Assembly: GCA_951406725.2 (NCBI GenBank)
Contig: OX597825.1
Span: 372,001 to 436,000, forward strand
DNA length: 64,000 bases
Direction: 5' to 3'
DNA from: Octopus vulgaris
Lineage: Eukaryota
A program made the translations under genes and the position numbers. Below are positions 41,525 through 55,378 of the stretch, piece by piece. The notes below the pieces were generated by a model. That model had not been told where the DNA came from and ran no database searches. It saw only the letters and a program-made list of their open reading frames with translations. Within the stretch, counting starts at the first letter, position 1; each line of letters opens with the position of its first letter.

Positions 41525-42800
41525 ACTGAGGGAAGAAAGTTAACCTAGATGGGATGCAGTCTGGTTTTGTGCCTGGCAGAAGCACTACTGATGCTGCCAT
41601 CCTAGTAAGGAAACTGTAGCAGAAGCATTTGGCCAAAGCTATACTGCTGTACTTGGCATTTACTGACTTGCAGAAAGCCTTTGTCAAGGTTTCTCGCTCC
41701 CTTGTTTGGTGGTTGCTGCAGAAGCTAGTGGTAGATGAGCGCCTGGTGAAAGCCATCTAAGCATTTACAGGGATGCAGTCAGTAAGGTGAAAGTCAATGA
41801 ATATAGCATGCAGGAAGGAGTTCACTAAGGATTGATTCTTTGAGCCTTATGTTTATCATAGCCCTCCAGGCAATAACAAAGAAATTTAAAACTGGTTGCC
41901 CATGAGAGTTCCTCTATGTTGATGACCTTGTTTTTTAGCTGAATCTTTACTACAATTAGAGAAGAAATTTTATGTGTGGAAGCATGGATGAAATCAAAGG
42001 GTCTTAGAGCTAATTTAGCAAAGACTAAAGTACTAAAGCAAGAAAGCAGACAAATTAATCCCTTCAAGGAAATGGCCCTGCTTGATATGTTGAAAAGGTG
42101 TAAGTAGAAATTTCATAAGGTGCACCCAGTGCAAGCTATGGACACATAAATGCAGTGGAATCACAGGAAGATTAACAGAAAAAATATTCCTCGATTGTAG
42201 CAGGTATGCAAGAACAATAAACACAAAGAACATGCAAGAAATAGATTTTCTCAAATGCCCAGGGGTATTCTTAATGGTAATGGACAGTTTCTGTTATCTA
42301 GGTGACCAAATTAGCAGAGAAGGAGGATGTTCTGAAAGCATAGTTGGTAGAGAGTTATTACCTTTGTTGATAACAAAGGGCCTTGGCAGATTGTATAATG
42401 CCTGTGTATGAACAGCTATGTGACATGGTAGTGAAATATGGGCTATCAATGCAGAGGACACAAGAAAGCTTGATAGAAATGAAGCCAGCATGCTTTTCTG
42501 GATGGATAATATCAGCATGCATGTACGACAGTGTGTAAAGAATTTAAGAGGTAAGAGAAGGTATAAGAGGCATCGTTTTGGAATGTGCAAGAGAGAAACT
42601 GTGATGGTTCGGTGATGTGATGCATATGAATAAATACAGCTGCATAAAGAAGTGCCATTCTCTAAATGTGGAGGGAACCAGAAGAAGGGGAAGTCCTAGG
42701 AAGAAATAGGATGAAGTCCTGAAAAATGCTCTTCAGATTTTGAATATCACAGAGGTCAATTGGCAATTTGCTGTGCTTGCGAAAACCTGTCAAATGAGTA
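41525..42800 (+). mobile_element. RTE LINE (PHD-finger family), degenerate
   Basis: QSGFVPGRSTTDAA, DLQKAF, LYVDDL, PHD remnant, FCYLGDQIS. Confidence 0.88.
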
Positions 42801-43890
42801 AAATCAAGACAATAAAGGCCTTTATATTGATACCTTTGAAAACCTCCCCCTCACATCCCACCTTTCCAACATCTCACCCCTTGCTCCACCTGAGTTCACT
42901 CACTGTATTCCATTCCTTTTTACCTCTCACTCTCCCTTGCAAACCTACATGCACACCATGTTCCTTTTGAGTCTCTTCCTCACAACATATCCCCTTAACA
43001 CCCGCTCCTCCTTCTGCCTGTGCCCACTCACCCGATAGATGTCCCTGTAACTTGGCTATACTCCTCCACCACCACATCACATCTTCACCATCTCTCTCTT
43101 TCCAGCTGAGAGAGAGCCATGTATCTCCTCCATGACAACATGCCTATCTCTAGCCTTCTATTCATACTCTAGAGGAGCTACATGGCTTAGTGGTTAGGGT
43201 GTCAGGCTCATGGTCATAAGAGTGTGGTTTCAATTCCTGGACTGGGTGTTCTTGAACCAAACACTTCATTTCATGCGGTTCCAGTCCACTCATCTGGTAA
43301 AAACGATTAATCCTGCAATGGACTGACATCTCGTCCAGGGAGGAATGTATATACAGCAGAGAAACCAGGGTACCAGCCCTAGGCCTCTTCTGAAGTAATG
43401 TGGACTAGCTGTTCATACCCTAACTTCTCTTCACCTGGCACAAAGCCACCTCCATCATATAACATGTGTTGTATGGCTTGTACATTGCCTTCTATTGTTT
43501 AGTAAGGAAAGGAAGTACACAGGATCTTTTACAAGTCTTCTGAGGCTGGTCGGATGGAAGGTGGTAAGGTGGTGTCCTCAAACGAGATACATGGCCCGAA
43601 TGCTTGCAACAGAGTAGACTCTGCTAAAACAACCCAAGGATCAGGCAATGCTATTAAACTAAGCAACAGATTATAACGACTAAGTTCCAGTACATGTGAG
43701 ACATCGTCCAAAGACAAACTCAATCAACGTCTGGCTAAAAGACATGATAATCATGGCTGGAATGCCTCTGATCTTAGCTCTGCTTGATTAGAGATTATTT
43801 GAAGCATGGCAAAAACAGATGCAAGACGACAACAACAACAACAGGATGATGACAACAATATAATATCAAAAACAATGAAGCTGCACTTAC

Positions 43891-44275
43891 AAGTATTTTC
43901 TTATAATGTTGTTTTGGTGAGGCTGTTTGTTGAATCGGTTTCCTTTGGTATTTAGGGTTGACCATTTCTGTGGCCAAGTGGCTGTGGTCTCCATTGCCGG
44001 GCATCAGCTTACTGCCACCACTAGTAGTGGCTGAAATTTGGCCAGTATTTATTTTTCCATCTCTCATTTTCTGGTATTCCTGAAAGTCATTGAAGAGCTT
44101 TTGGTTGTAGAGCTGTTGTTGCTTTAACCTCTGCTTATCTGTCAACTGGCGGCAGTTGCCAGTGACTGGAATCGTTACATTTGCGACAGTGTTACCATTT
44201 GGAACTGGTCCAAGGATCCCAGTCTTCAAATCAAGATTCTGTTGTTTTTTGTTCATGATCCATTTCCGCAATTGT
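43891..44275 (-). CDS. DCP2: DCP2 exon 7 (QLRKWIMNKKQQ...PKQHYKKIL), end of Box B plus Q-rich disordered region
   Basis: Acceptor tatcag; the phase-2 join gives PFIK-QLRKW. Open frame for 385 nt up to donor GTAAGT. Confidence 0.88.
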
Positions 44276-45849
44276 CTGATAGCAAAAATAGATAAATGAC
44301 TTTGTAATAAAAATGAAACTGTCAGTGAGCAAAGAACTATTTCAATATGGCTGATGGCTGTGTGGTTAACAAGTTTGCTTAGCAGCCATGAGGCACATTG
44401 CTTAAGTGTCATTTACGTGTGAGTGAATCTGAAACACATTCTATGGCAGCCTGTCATGTATGTACATTGTGTTTGTGCCCCAGCACTGCTTCATAACCAA
44501 TGTTGGTTCATGTAATGGTTTGGTAAAAGACGGATAGAATAAGTAGCAGACTTCAAAAAAAAAATAATATATAGAACAAGAGTCGACAGACTGACAACAG
44601 GTTTTTAAGGCTATGACTATAGTCCTACCACTGAAACAGGTAACAAAATAAAACACATAATGGCTTATAGTCATACATTTGATGGTCTCAACTACGGACA
44701 ACAATTTAAACATAACATCGTTGAGTACAATCTTGCTTCATACCTATGACTGTCAGGTTGTTTGATGCTCTTCCAACTAAGATATAATTTCTTTAGAATA
44801 CAAGGAAGCCTACATGCGGTTAGTCAATCAACTAGAGATAGTAGCCAAATCTCCTTCTGACAACTATTTTAAAATAGGAAGAACACATAACATAATGTAG
44901 TTACATTTAAATAATAAAAGATGGAATGGTCACTAATGGAATGCCTTTACTTATAGGTCTGCAGGATCAGAACTGACCTGATAAGGAACAAAACTAATAA
45001 CACCAAAGAAGCACACACTATACAGTGTAGTCCTAGCTACACTGTGACTTACAAAAAAAAAAGAAGGTAATATGGCAACAGCTGGAACCCCTTTGATCGC
45101 TGCTGTACTTGAACAAGATAGATTTGGGACCCAACAATAATAATGTTCACTTGATCTGATCACACTTGAAATCTTTGATAAACTGGTAGTTCAGGGTAGG
45201 CATTCATTTCTTTTTTCCATCCATTTAATAATCACTTTCTCAATGGACTACTGTTCACATAGACAAGTCAGAGAGGGGAAACAGCTTTTAAGTAGTCACA
45301 CAACTTGCTAGAAATAGCCAACATATTTCACTCAAACCAAACCCTGCTACCATTAGCAACTCCCATCCACCTCTGTATATAATAGCAGGTAACCATGTAT
45401 CTCCTCTACAGCAACACACCTTTACTTGTGCCCCTTTCAACATCTGGCATAAAGCCACCTTCCCCTCTCAAATATTATTTAGGAGTGGGGACTTTTTCAT
45501 TCTTCTCTCCCTGATCTTTTTCGATCTTGCAAGCCTCACAAGTACTGGTCGTCATCATCATCGTTTAATGTCCACTCTCCATGCTGGCATGGGTTGGATT
45601 GTTTGACTGAGGGCTGGCAAGCTAGAAGGCTGCACCAGGCTCCAATCCAATCTGGCAATGTTTCTACAGCTGGATGCCCTTCCTAATGCCAACCACTCTG
45701 AGAGTGTAGTGGGTACATTTTACGTACCACCGACACGTGGGCCAGTCAGGCGATACTGGCATCGGCCAAGCTTGAATGGTGCATTTTACATGTCACTGGC
45801 ATGGATGCCAATCAAGCGGTACTGTCATCAGCTACGACAATGACTTCAC

Positions 45850-47545
45850 TTGCCTCAACAGGTCTTTGCAAGCGCAGTTTATTGCCCAATGATTGAAGGC
45901 TACTCTTAAAAGAACCGGTTGTGCTGCATTGGCATAGGCCATGGTTATGGTTTCACTTGGCTTGCCAGGTCTTCTCAAGCACAGCATATTTCCAAAGGTC
46001 TCAGTCACTAGTCATTGCCTCTGTGAGGCCCAACATTCAAAGGTCCTCTTCAACACCTCATCCCAGGTCTTTCTGGGTCTACCTCCTCCACAGGCTCCCT
46101 CTACTGTTAGGGTGTGACATTTCTTCACACAGCTATCCTCATCCATACACAACACATGACCTTACCAGCACAGTCGTCTCTCTTGCACACCACATCTGAT
46201 GCTTCTTAAGTCCAACTTTTCTCTCAAGGTACTTACACTCTGTCGAGTAAGCACACTGACATTACATATCCAGCAGAGCATACTGGTTTCATTCCTTGCA
46301 AGCTTACGCATGTCCTCAGCAGTCATGGCCCATGTTTCACTGCCATGTAGCATGGCTGTTCGCACACATGCATCATAGTCTACCTTATACTCTTAGTGAG
46401 AGGCCCTTTGTCACCAGCAGAAGTAGGAGCTCTCTGAACTTTGCCCAGGCTATTCTTATTCTAGCAGCTACACTCAGAGCATCCACCCACTAGTACTGAC
46501 TTGGTCACCTAGGAAGCTATCAACTACTTTAGTTTTTTTCCCCTGGAATGTGACAGAAGCTGTTTACTGCACATTTTCAGTGTTTATTACCCTTGAGCAT
46601 TTGCCACACACAAAAACTGTCTTCCCAGTTAGCCTTCCTTTGATATTGCTGCACCTCTTATGTGTCCATAGCTTACACTGGGTACATCTTATGGAGTTTC
46701 TACCTATGCCTTTTCTACAGATCGAGCAGGGCCAACTACCTGAAAGGATTTGTGGTTTGTCAGCTTTCCAACATATTAAGACTTTGGTTTTTGCTAGATT
46801 GACTCTAAGGCCCTTCAATTCTAATCCTTGTTTACACACTTGAAACTTCTCCTCTAGTTCTGATAGTGACTCAGCAATTAGAGCAAGGTCGTCAGCATAG
46901 AGGAGCTCCCAGGGGCATCCTGTCTTGAATTCCTCTGTTATTGCCTGGAGGACTATGATGAATAAGAGAAGGGCTGAGGACTGATCCTTGGTGGACCCCT
47001 ACCCTGAATTCTTCACTGTACTCATTGCCAACCCTCACCTTACTGACAGTGTCCCTGTATATGGCTTGCACAGCTCACACTAACCACTCATCTATCCCTA
47101 GTTTCCTCATTGACCACCAGATAAGGGATCGGGGGACCCCATCAAAGACTTTCTCCATGTCAACTAAAGCCAGGTACAGAGGTTTATCTTTGGGTAGGTA
47201 TTTCTCCTGCAGCTGTCTTACCAGAAATATAGCTTTTACCTGGCATAAACCCAAAATGCATCTCGTCTAGACTGACACTCTCCATAATTAGTTGGGCTAT
47301 GATCCTCTCCATAACCTTCATCATCTGATCCAACGACTTGATACCTCTGTATTTATTCGTATCTAATGCATCACCTTTACCTTTGTAGCAGTTGACTATG
47401 GTGCTGCTACACCATTCATTGGGTATGACTCCTTCATGTATCACCTGATTGACTATACGGGTGACTAGACTATAGCTGATATCGCCAGATATTTTAAGCA
47501 TATCTGAAGCGATTCCTGATGGGCCAGGGGCTTTCCCTGTCTTCG
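45850..47545 (-). mobile_element. RTE LINE (PHD-finger family), best-preserved copy
   Basis: KAPGPSGI, YKGKGDALD..YRGI, LLYADDL, WPCSICRKG..CTQCKLWTHKRC..CGKC, LHGSETW. Confidence 0.92.
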
Positions 47546-47650
47546 CCAAGTAAAAAGCACCAAGTATACTCTGTGAAGTGGTAGGCATTATAAAGGGCAT
47601 CCAGCCATAGAATCCATGCCAAAGCTGATGTTGGAGCCAACACAGTCCTG

Positions 47651-47876
47651 GGCGATCTTACGGTACAAGTACCATAACTGCCAATTATAAACCCACGTGG
47701 GTTTGTTTACATCTCTGAAGAAAAAAGAAACCCTTTTCTCCCACCCCTAACCGCAACCGTAACTCTAACCATAACCCTCCAAATATAAAAAAAAAATTTA
47801 TGGAAAATGATGATCTTCTTCTTCAAATGTAAACAAACACACGTGGCATTTATGGTACTTGTACCGTAAGATCGCC
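47651..47876. mobile_element. 226-bp MITE with 27-bp perfect TIRs and 8-bp TSD (Merlin-like)
   Basis: CAGTCCTG|GGCGATCTTACGGTACAAGTACCATAA...TTATGGTACTTGTACCGTAAGATCGCC|CAGTCCTG. Confidence 0.92.
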
Positions 47877-49267
47877 CAGTCCTGTAGCTTGCCAGATCCT
47901 ATCAAACTCTCCAATCCATGCCAGCATGGAAGGTGAATGTTAAATGATGATGATGTGTATATATACACGTTGTTTAGAACTGATCATGCATTGTTTTGTC
48001 ACCATGACAATTTGATGAAGTGAATGTTTATTCTTTTAGAATGACATTGTAGGATACAGGTGAGAGACCAGACTTGACTAGTTTGAGCATAAAACAGGCA
48101 GGATATTGGCATGATGAGGATGGCTGGCTTAAATTCTAAAGAGTTAAAAATGAAAAACAAAAACTGTGGATAATGCAGTCCAGGTATACCATTGCTGAAG
48201 AGGACATGATTTGAAAGCTTCTGATCTTAGGCCTGCTGGGATCAAGGCCAACCTGGGGCTGAACTTCAGCAATTTGTGCACACATTCTATCTTTTTACAA
48301 CAGCTAATATTGTACAGATAAGGTTTTCACCCTTGATCAGTTGCTCAGAGAATACTAATGCTGTTGTTTAATCTAGAAACAAGTGGAGATTCTAACTTGT
48401 TCACCACACATGTATTATAACATTGTAGTTGTTATTTCTAGGAGGCAGGTTCCCTCTTTTGCAAAGAGTGAAGCAACGAGTAAGAATTTATGCATCCTTT
48501 CTACTCCAGACACAAGGCCTAAATTTAGGACAGAGCGGGAGCAGGGTCAAGTCAATTACATCAAGACAGATGAAAATACTGCTAAACATTCTGCCAGCTC
48601 ACCACCTTGGTAAGTATTTACATATTATCATCTTAACCTCCACTTTTCCATACTTGCATGTGTTGGGTGGAATTTGTTGAGATCGAGTTTCTACAGCTGG
48701 ATGCCCTTCCTGTTGCCAACATGGCAGGAAAGGCTTCCAGCTGTAGAAAAGTAATATTCCCTCATAACAAGTTTTCACAGAAGTGCGGGTGGCATGTAAA
48801 AAGCACCCACTACACTCATGGAGTGGTTGGCGTTAGGAAGGGCATCCAGCCGTAGAAACACTGCCAGATCAGACTGGGCCTGATGCAGCCTTCTGGCTTC
48901 ACAGACCCCAGTTGAACCGTCCAACCCATGCTAGCATGGAAAGCGGACGCTAAATGATGATGATTATGATGATGATGATTGCAAAGGACACAGCTTGCAT
49001 GATGATGACACTTGTTTACAACTATCAAACGATGTCAAGGCAACAATACAGTAACATACACACACATGACAGGCTTCTTTCAGTTTCCATCTACCAAATC
49101 CATTCATAAGGCTTTGGCCAACCCGATGCTGTAGTAGAAGACACTTGCCCTAAGTGCCATGCAGTGGGTCTGAACCCAAACCATGTGGCTGGAAAACAAA
49201 CTTTAAAATCACACGGTCATGTCTGCACCTCTAATGATACATATAGAATAATAAGGTAAAGACATAC

Positions 49268-49380
49268 TTGATAAATGGAATGATGGTGAAGAAGTTATTG
49301 GAGTTCATATTGAGTTGTGACCGACACGTTTGGTCCTTTTTGTGAGCAGGAAGTGCATCAACTGGGAACCACTGCATACA
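49268..49380 (-). CDS. DCP2: DCP2 exon 6 (CMQWFPVDALPAHKKDQTCRSQLNMNSNNFFTIIPFIK), Box B region
   Basis: Acceptor ttctgcag, donor GTATGT, 113 nt. WF..LP.HK and FF.IIPFI motifs. Not in the ORF track; translated by hand. Confidence 0.95.
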
Positions 49381-50890
49381 CTGCAGAAAGGATAAAAAAA
49401 AAAGATTATTTACTAAGGGTTAGAAATACAAAATAAAAAGGAAGGAGAGAGAAAAGAAAGCAAGGTTTATTAATCTGTATTGTTGGATTGCCACTGAGTA
49501 TGTAAACATCTAGAGTGAGTCAAGGAAGGAAACCCTAAACTAAATTCCTAATTATCTTCTCTAGGCTCCATGGTAGGATGACGGGGAACTTAATTATTCA
49601 GCACCTTAGGGTACAAATGTAAATCAGAACAACTCTACAGTAAAACCAAAAGAAAACCTCTAAAAACTGCATTTATTTACCTGATGGATGATGATCCCCC
49701 CCTCCACTCCTAGTGCCTACTCTACTACTGTTACTCTCTCCACTATCAACATATCACAACTCCAAATTTGTTCCTCTCCTCTTACTTATCTCCCCTCGTC
49801 ATTTTGCCTAGAATCACTACACTCTCCCTTCTACCCTCCCTCAGTTGTAGAGACCACTTTAGGTTCTTAGGTTCTTAGCTATCACCACTAGAGCTGGTAT
49901 CAAGAAAAGAAGGAAAAAAAACACCCAGTATACAATGTAAAGAGGCCAGCATAAAGAAGACAATTCAACGATAGGAACGAAGCCAAAGTAGAGACTGGAG
50001 TTTGAGACAGCCTTGTGGCTTGTCAGATCCTATTGAGCATTTAGCCTATGCCATGGAATGCTGAATGGTTCAATAGGATCTTGGCATGGAAGATGGACAT
50101 TAAATGATGATGATAATTTAAACAACTATACTAATGAGATCTGGGAAACCTTTACATAGTCACTCAACTTCCTAGAAATACTAGTTAGTTTCATCAAAGT
50201 ATTCCCTACTGTCTTAAAAAAATATATAAAAAAAAAATAAGGACACTTCTGAATATCTTTAATTAGGGCTGATCTGAAGTTAATCATACATTCACACACA
50301 CACACACAAAGATAGCACACAGCAGAACAGAAGAAAATAGTGCTAGGCATTTAATCCATTATTGAAATGTTTCACAAACATCAAGTTCAACAGCAATACT
50401 GATACCATCTTCATCAATAACAACTGCAACAAGAATAAAGAGTTCTAGGCACAAGGTCACATATCTTGGGAGGAGGGGGAAAATTTAATTAAATTATTGA
50501 CCCTTCCTCCCTCTTATTATATTACTAGCCCTTATTTGACTGATTTGGAAGGATTAAAAGACAAAGTCTATTTTGGTGAAACAAACCAAGAACTTAAAAC
50601 CAGTTCTCATCCACATCGTTGGAGACTTCATGAAGGATACAGGAAGGGTATGTAGCCCTCGGCGCATCCTTCTGGCAGCCTCCAACAGTCTTCCCTCCAT
50701 AAATATATTAAATCTTTCTTTGACTTGTGTTTTACATTTTTTGGTGTGACCCCCCCCCCCCCTAAAAACATCCAGGTTTTGGATCTGGCCCAGATATTAA
50801 AAAAGGTGAGAAGCAATGATTTAAAGTATTTTGTAAGATGCTCTATAAATTCTTTCAATATATCAAAAACAACAAGAAATGGTAACTTAC

Positions 50891-51043
50891 TTTGATTTCT
50901 TTGCGAGTTTTGGTCTGAAATTCAGTGTCCAAAGACACTCCAGCAATGATATAAAGTCGAGTAAGTTGGTCATTCATTTGGTTCTCGAAATAATCATTAG
51001 AATTGATGAACTTACTAATGTTGAAGCCAGTTTCTTCAAATAC
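50891..51043 (-). CDS. DCP2: DCP2 exon 5 (VFEETGFNISKFINSNDYFENQMNDQLTRLYIIAGVSLDTEFQTKTRKEIK)
   Basis: Completes the Nudix box REVFEETGF and has the TRKEI motif. Acceptor ttgcag, donor GTAAGT, 153 nt. Confidence 0.97.
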
Positions 51044-51329
51044 CTGCAATTATGATGGGGAAAGATAAAATGATAATGATAGGTACAGCCTCAAAGTCAT
51101 GAAATCTAAGACAAATCATAAACACCTGTAACATTGCAAAAAGTGTAACAATTTATATAAACTCCAACAAAGTCAGAACTATAACAGATAACAATTTTTA
51201 CAACAGGTAAAGCATGGCATTTTTAAGGCAAGATTTTAGGTGAGAAAGTAAAGTGCTGCAATTAAATTATTGCAAGGCCTTTTGGCTGACACACTGATTT
51301 CCCTAATCTGTAACCCTTATTTTATAATA

Positions 51330-51521
51330 CTGTAATTTCCAGCATACAAGTCGATGTAGTATGTAGTGTAAACATTCAAACATCACTAGTTTTCCAAATT
51401 CTGCTGCATTTCACATGGAACTTTTGGTCCTCCAAAGTCATCTTGGTGTATAAATCAAACTACCTTTCTTTGGCTGTAAATTTTGGTCTGAAAAAGTTGA
51501 CTTGTATGTCAGGAAATACAG
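51330..51521. mobile_element. Degenerate Tc1/mariner-type MITE
   Basis: Imperfect TIRs ctgtaatttccagcatacaagtcga and ttgacttgtatgtcaggaaatacag; TA on the left side only. Confidence 0.5.
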
Positions 51522-52895
51522 TTTTCACAATAGGTATGGAGCATGGAATTTTTAGAGAAAAACTAGAACTGGGAACATAAAGGGCAGCAACTAAATTACT
51601 GTAAGGCCTTTTCTCTGACACTTTAACCAATTTTACTAATCCGCAGACCTTGGTTTTGTAATAAGAAATGAAAAGATTTCTTATTTCTAACAAGAGTGAT
51701 TGACTGGACCCTAATAAGTGAATGATACTTTATTGACCCCCATTCCAAAAAAACCTACTTCTGACTCTTTTGTCTCTCCACCTCTCATTACCCTTGTTAT
51801 ATCCAATCCAAGTCCCCACATTAACCCCTATGCCCAGTCTTTCTTCCCCAGAATTTCTTCAACCCACTGGAATCTTCTCTCAGCTCATGTCTGCAGGTTT
51901 TGACTGACAACAGCTTAAATGAAATATTAACAGCATTGAGCTCACCAGTCTCAGAGAGAGCTGCTCGTAAAGTTCATGGCTACTGCCTTTTCCTCGAAAA
52001 AAAAAAAAAGCAACTTTGACCCTAGTAGGATTCAAACTCAAAGCAAGGCAACAATATACTGGCAAGGCCCTTAATCCAACACTGCAACTTTTGACATCCC
52101 GTATAACACACACACTTCCACCGCGAGTACCATTACCGTCATCATCATTTAAAATTCATTTTCCATGCCAGCATGGGTTGGACAATTTGACTACAGCTGC
52201 ACCAGGTTCCAGTCCGACTTGGCTTGGTTTCTACAGCCAGATGCCCTTCCTAATACCAACCACTTTACAGTGAGTGGGTGCATTTCACATGGCACAGTAT
52301 AGGGGCTTTTTGTGTGGCACAGGCACGGGTGCTTGTTACATGAAACCAGTACAGGGGCTTCTTATGTGGTGCCAGAAAGGGTACTTTTTTGATATAGCAC
52401 TGGCAGTTGAATGAACCATATAACATGCAAAAGAGTCTAATTAAATACAGTAAGGTATTCAGTACAACACTGTTTCTGATAGTCACACACAGACTCCACT
52501 CCCAACCAGATTCAACCGGAGACTAAACATCAACAATTGCTACACTAGAAAGATTCTGCCCACCACTACCCATACAGAGTACAGTATACAGTCTGAAAAC
52601 ACCGAAAAAAAATTTTAAAAAAACACTGGAGAAGAAAGACTCCCACCTATCTAGAAGAGAATTAATAAAGCTAACTATGAATTAGTAAATGAACTCTTTC
52701 TGTGGATTACAAGCTATGAGAATTCTCATGTCGGGTAACAACCCAAAATGATGTACATTGATCAACTTTCTCATGATGTCAAGTTACAAATATAAGACCT
52801 CAAAAATGGCATGGAAAACAGGAACACTTGGAGAAAAAGAGTGGTTTTGGTCCAGGCAACCTAACCAAAATGATAGAGAGATCTATGGTACTTAC

Positions 52896-52994
52896 CTCTC
52901 TCACTGCACATTCTTGTTCTGTTTCATCTTCATTAATTTTGCCTTTTGGAAAACCCCAGCTAGATTTGGCCCAGTAACCTTGAACAAGCAATAC
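52896..52994 (-). CDS. DCP2: DCP2 exon 4 ([33 protein letters not shown]), first part of the Nudix box
   Basis: Acceptor tttcag, donor GTAAGT, 99 nt. Contains WGFPKGK and G-x5-E-x7-RE. Confidence 0.97.
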
Positions 52995-55378
52995 CTGAAA
53001 AGTAGTCATGATGAACACAAATAAAACCCATGTTTATCTGCACATGTATGTATGTTTATAATATGGAAGACCAAAATTGTTGTAGCATGGCTTGTGGGAT
53101 TTAAATACTGTTTGCTGTAAACTATACAGCTGTACTAACCACAACACCAAAGCAACATCACAACTTTTGACCACCTAAGAAATTGCTCCTTTTAGTAGAT
53201 TAAAAGCAGCAACAATGACATCCTAGTGACCGGTCAATAAGGATCTTAATTTACACAGTATTCATGGTATAGAATTATGTGAATTTATATCATTGTTTTA
53301 ACATCCATTTTTCCATCCTTGCATGAGTTGGACAGAATTTGTTAAGGGAAGATTTTCTAGTCAGATGCCCTTCTTGTTGCTAACCTTCACCTGTTTTCAA
53401 GCGAGGTGATGTTACCCTACGACCAGACATATTTTCATGGAAGATTGCAAATGAAGGACACTGCCAGCAAGATGGTGACACTCATTTGCATCTATCATGC
53501 AACATCAAAGCAAGGATACAGTAACAATTATTATTTACACATACACACACTCTGGGCTTCATTCAGTTTCCAACAACCAGATCCACTCACAAGGCCAGGG
53601 ATAGAGCAAGATACCTGTGCAAGGGGCTACACAGTGGAATTGAACCTGGAGCCATGTGGTTGGGAGGTAAACTTATTACCACACAACCATACCTGCATCG
53701 ACAGAAGATGAGAAAAAGTTGTAACACTGCCTATAAATTTTGGATGCCATGCCTTTTTATAGTAGAAAGGTTCAAAGTGTTTAGATAACTGGGAGTTTCA
53801 CCAATCAGCTATATTTCAAATGGCAAGCTGCCCCATATTCTATAACTAGAAACTCATCAGATTCATGCTTTAGGAATAAAATTTAATATTTTCCATCTCA
53901 GAAATGCATTGATTCCTGTTCTGTTGTGTACGAAGCAAAAAGGAATTCATTTTTTAAGGCAAGGATAATTTCCTATTAAAGTTCTGGGACCTACCAATTA
54001 CTTTAAAAGGTAGCTGTTACGATTTTGACCCTAGATACATCATCACAAAGGAAACTTATTGCAATGTAAGAACCAACAGCTACAATATTCCATCAGGGAG
54101 AATGCAACTAATGCGCTGATATCGATTAAGGAAAACAAGCATGGATGAACTAAAGATGAGAATATTTAACAACAGGAAGAGCATCCAGCCACTGAAAGTC
54201 GGCCTCAATAAATTCCATCTGACCCATGCAAGCATGGGAAAGTGAATACTAAAGCAATGATGATTATGATCAAGCTAGAGAGAGAGAGAGAGTAGCTAAA
54301 GTATTGAAGTAAACTAGAAATGAAAGGATACATTGATGCATAGTGATGGCATAGAAAAGCTACATTTACAAAGTAAAAACAATCAAAATTATTTATATAT
54401 ATATATAGAGAGAGAGAGAGAAAGAGAGAAGGAGAGAGTTAGAGAAGATAAATATTTTCTGCAGTGCAAGAAAGGTATTATTGCCTAACTCTATGGAGAA
54501 GTGGCCAGAAGTAGAATTTTAAGTAATTAAAAGTTAATTGGAATATTACTTAATGAAGCAATTATGCAGGGAATATTTTCATAATACTTCTAGTGATATT
54601 ATGCATAAAAGAAACTCAATATTATAAAAAGACAGTTGTTGAACATTGAAAAAAAATCTTTCCTTTTTCTTCTTCTTCTCCAGCTATATTCCCAAATAAG
54701 GAATGCTTGCTTCCTCTTTCCACCTCTCTTTCACAACCTCTTGCTAATCCACTGCACCACACCAGCCATGCTTGCCCCAGATTATTCATTATTCACCCTA
54801 TTTCTCACACAAGAAAATATACAGCTGCTGCTAATGTCTCTCTCTCTCTCTCTCTCTCTCCCATCAGGATGACTGAGTAGTGAGGGTCTGCATCAGTATT
54901 TGATGCAGCTCCCCATTTTCCTTCTGGCATTGCCCCCTATTTCTACTCCCTCTCTCTAAGGCCACACTTTGTTGACATCCATCCGTCTTGATATTACCTG
55001 TTTCTTTACTACCCACAAGGGCCTAAATACAGAGAGGACGAAGAAGGACAGACAAACGGATTAAGTCGATTATATCGATCCCAGTACATAACTGGTACTT
55101 ATTTAATTGACCCCGAAAGGATGAAAGGCAAAGTCGACCTCAGCGGAATTTGAACTCAGAACGTAGCGGCAGACGAAATACCTATTTCTTTACTACCCAC
55201 AAGGGGCTAAACACAGAGAGGACAAACAAGGACAGACAAACGGATTAAGTTGATTACATCAACCCCAATGTGTAACTGGCACTTAATTTATCAACCCCAG
55301 AAGGATGAAGAGCAAAGTCAACCTCAGCAGAATTTGAACTCAGAACATAGCAGTAGACAAAATACAGAAACAACAAGT

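Noticed and set aside
43795-44412. Stand-alone 205-aa ORF
   Set aside because: It is DCP2 exon 7 with read-through into the flanking introns.
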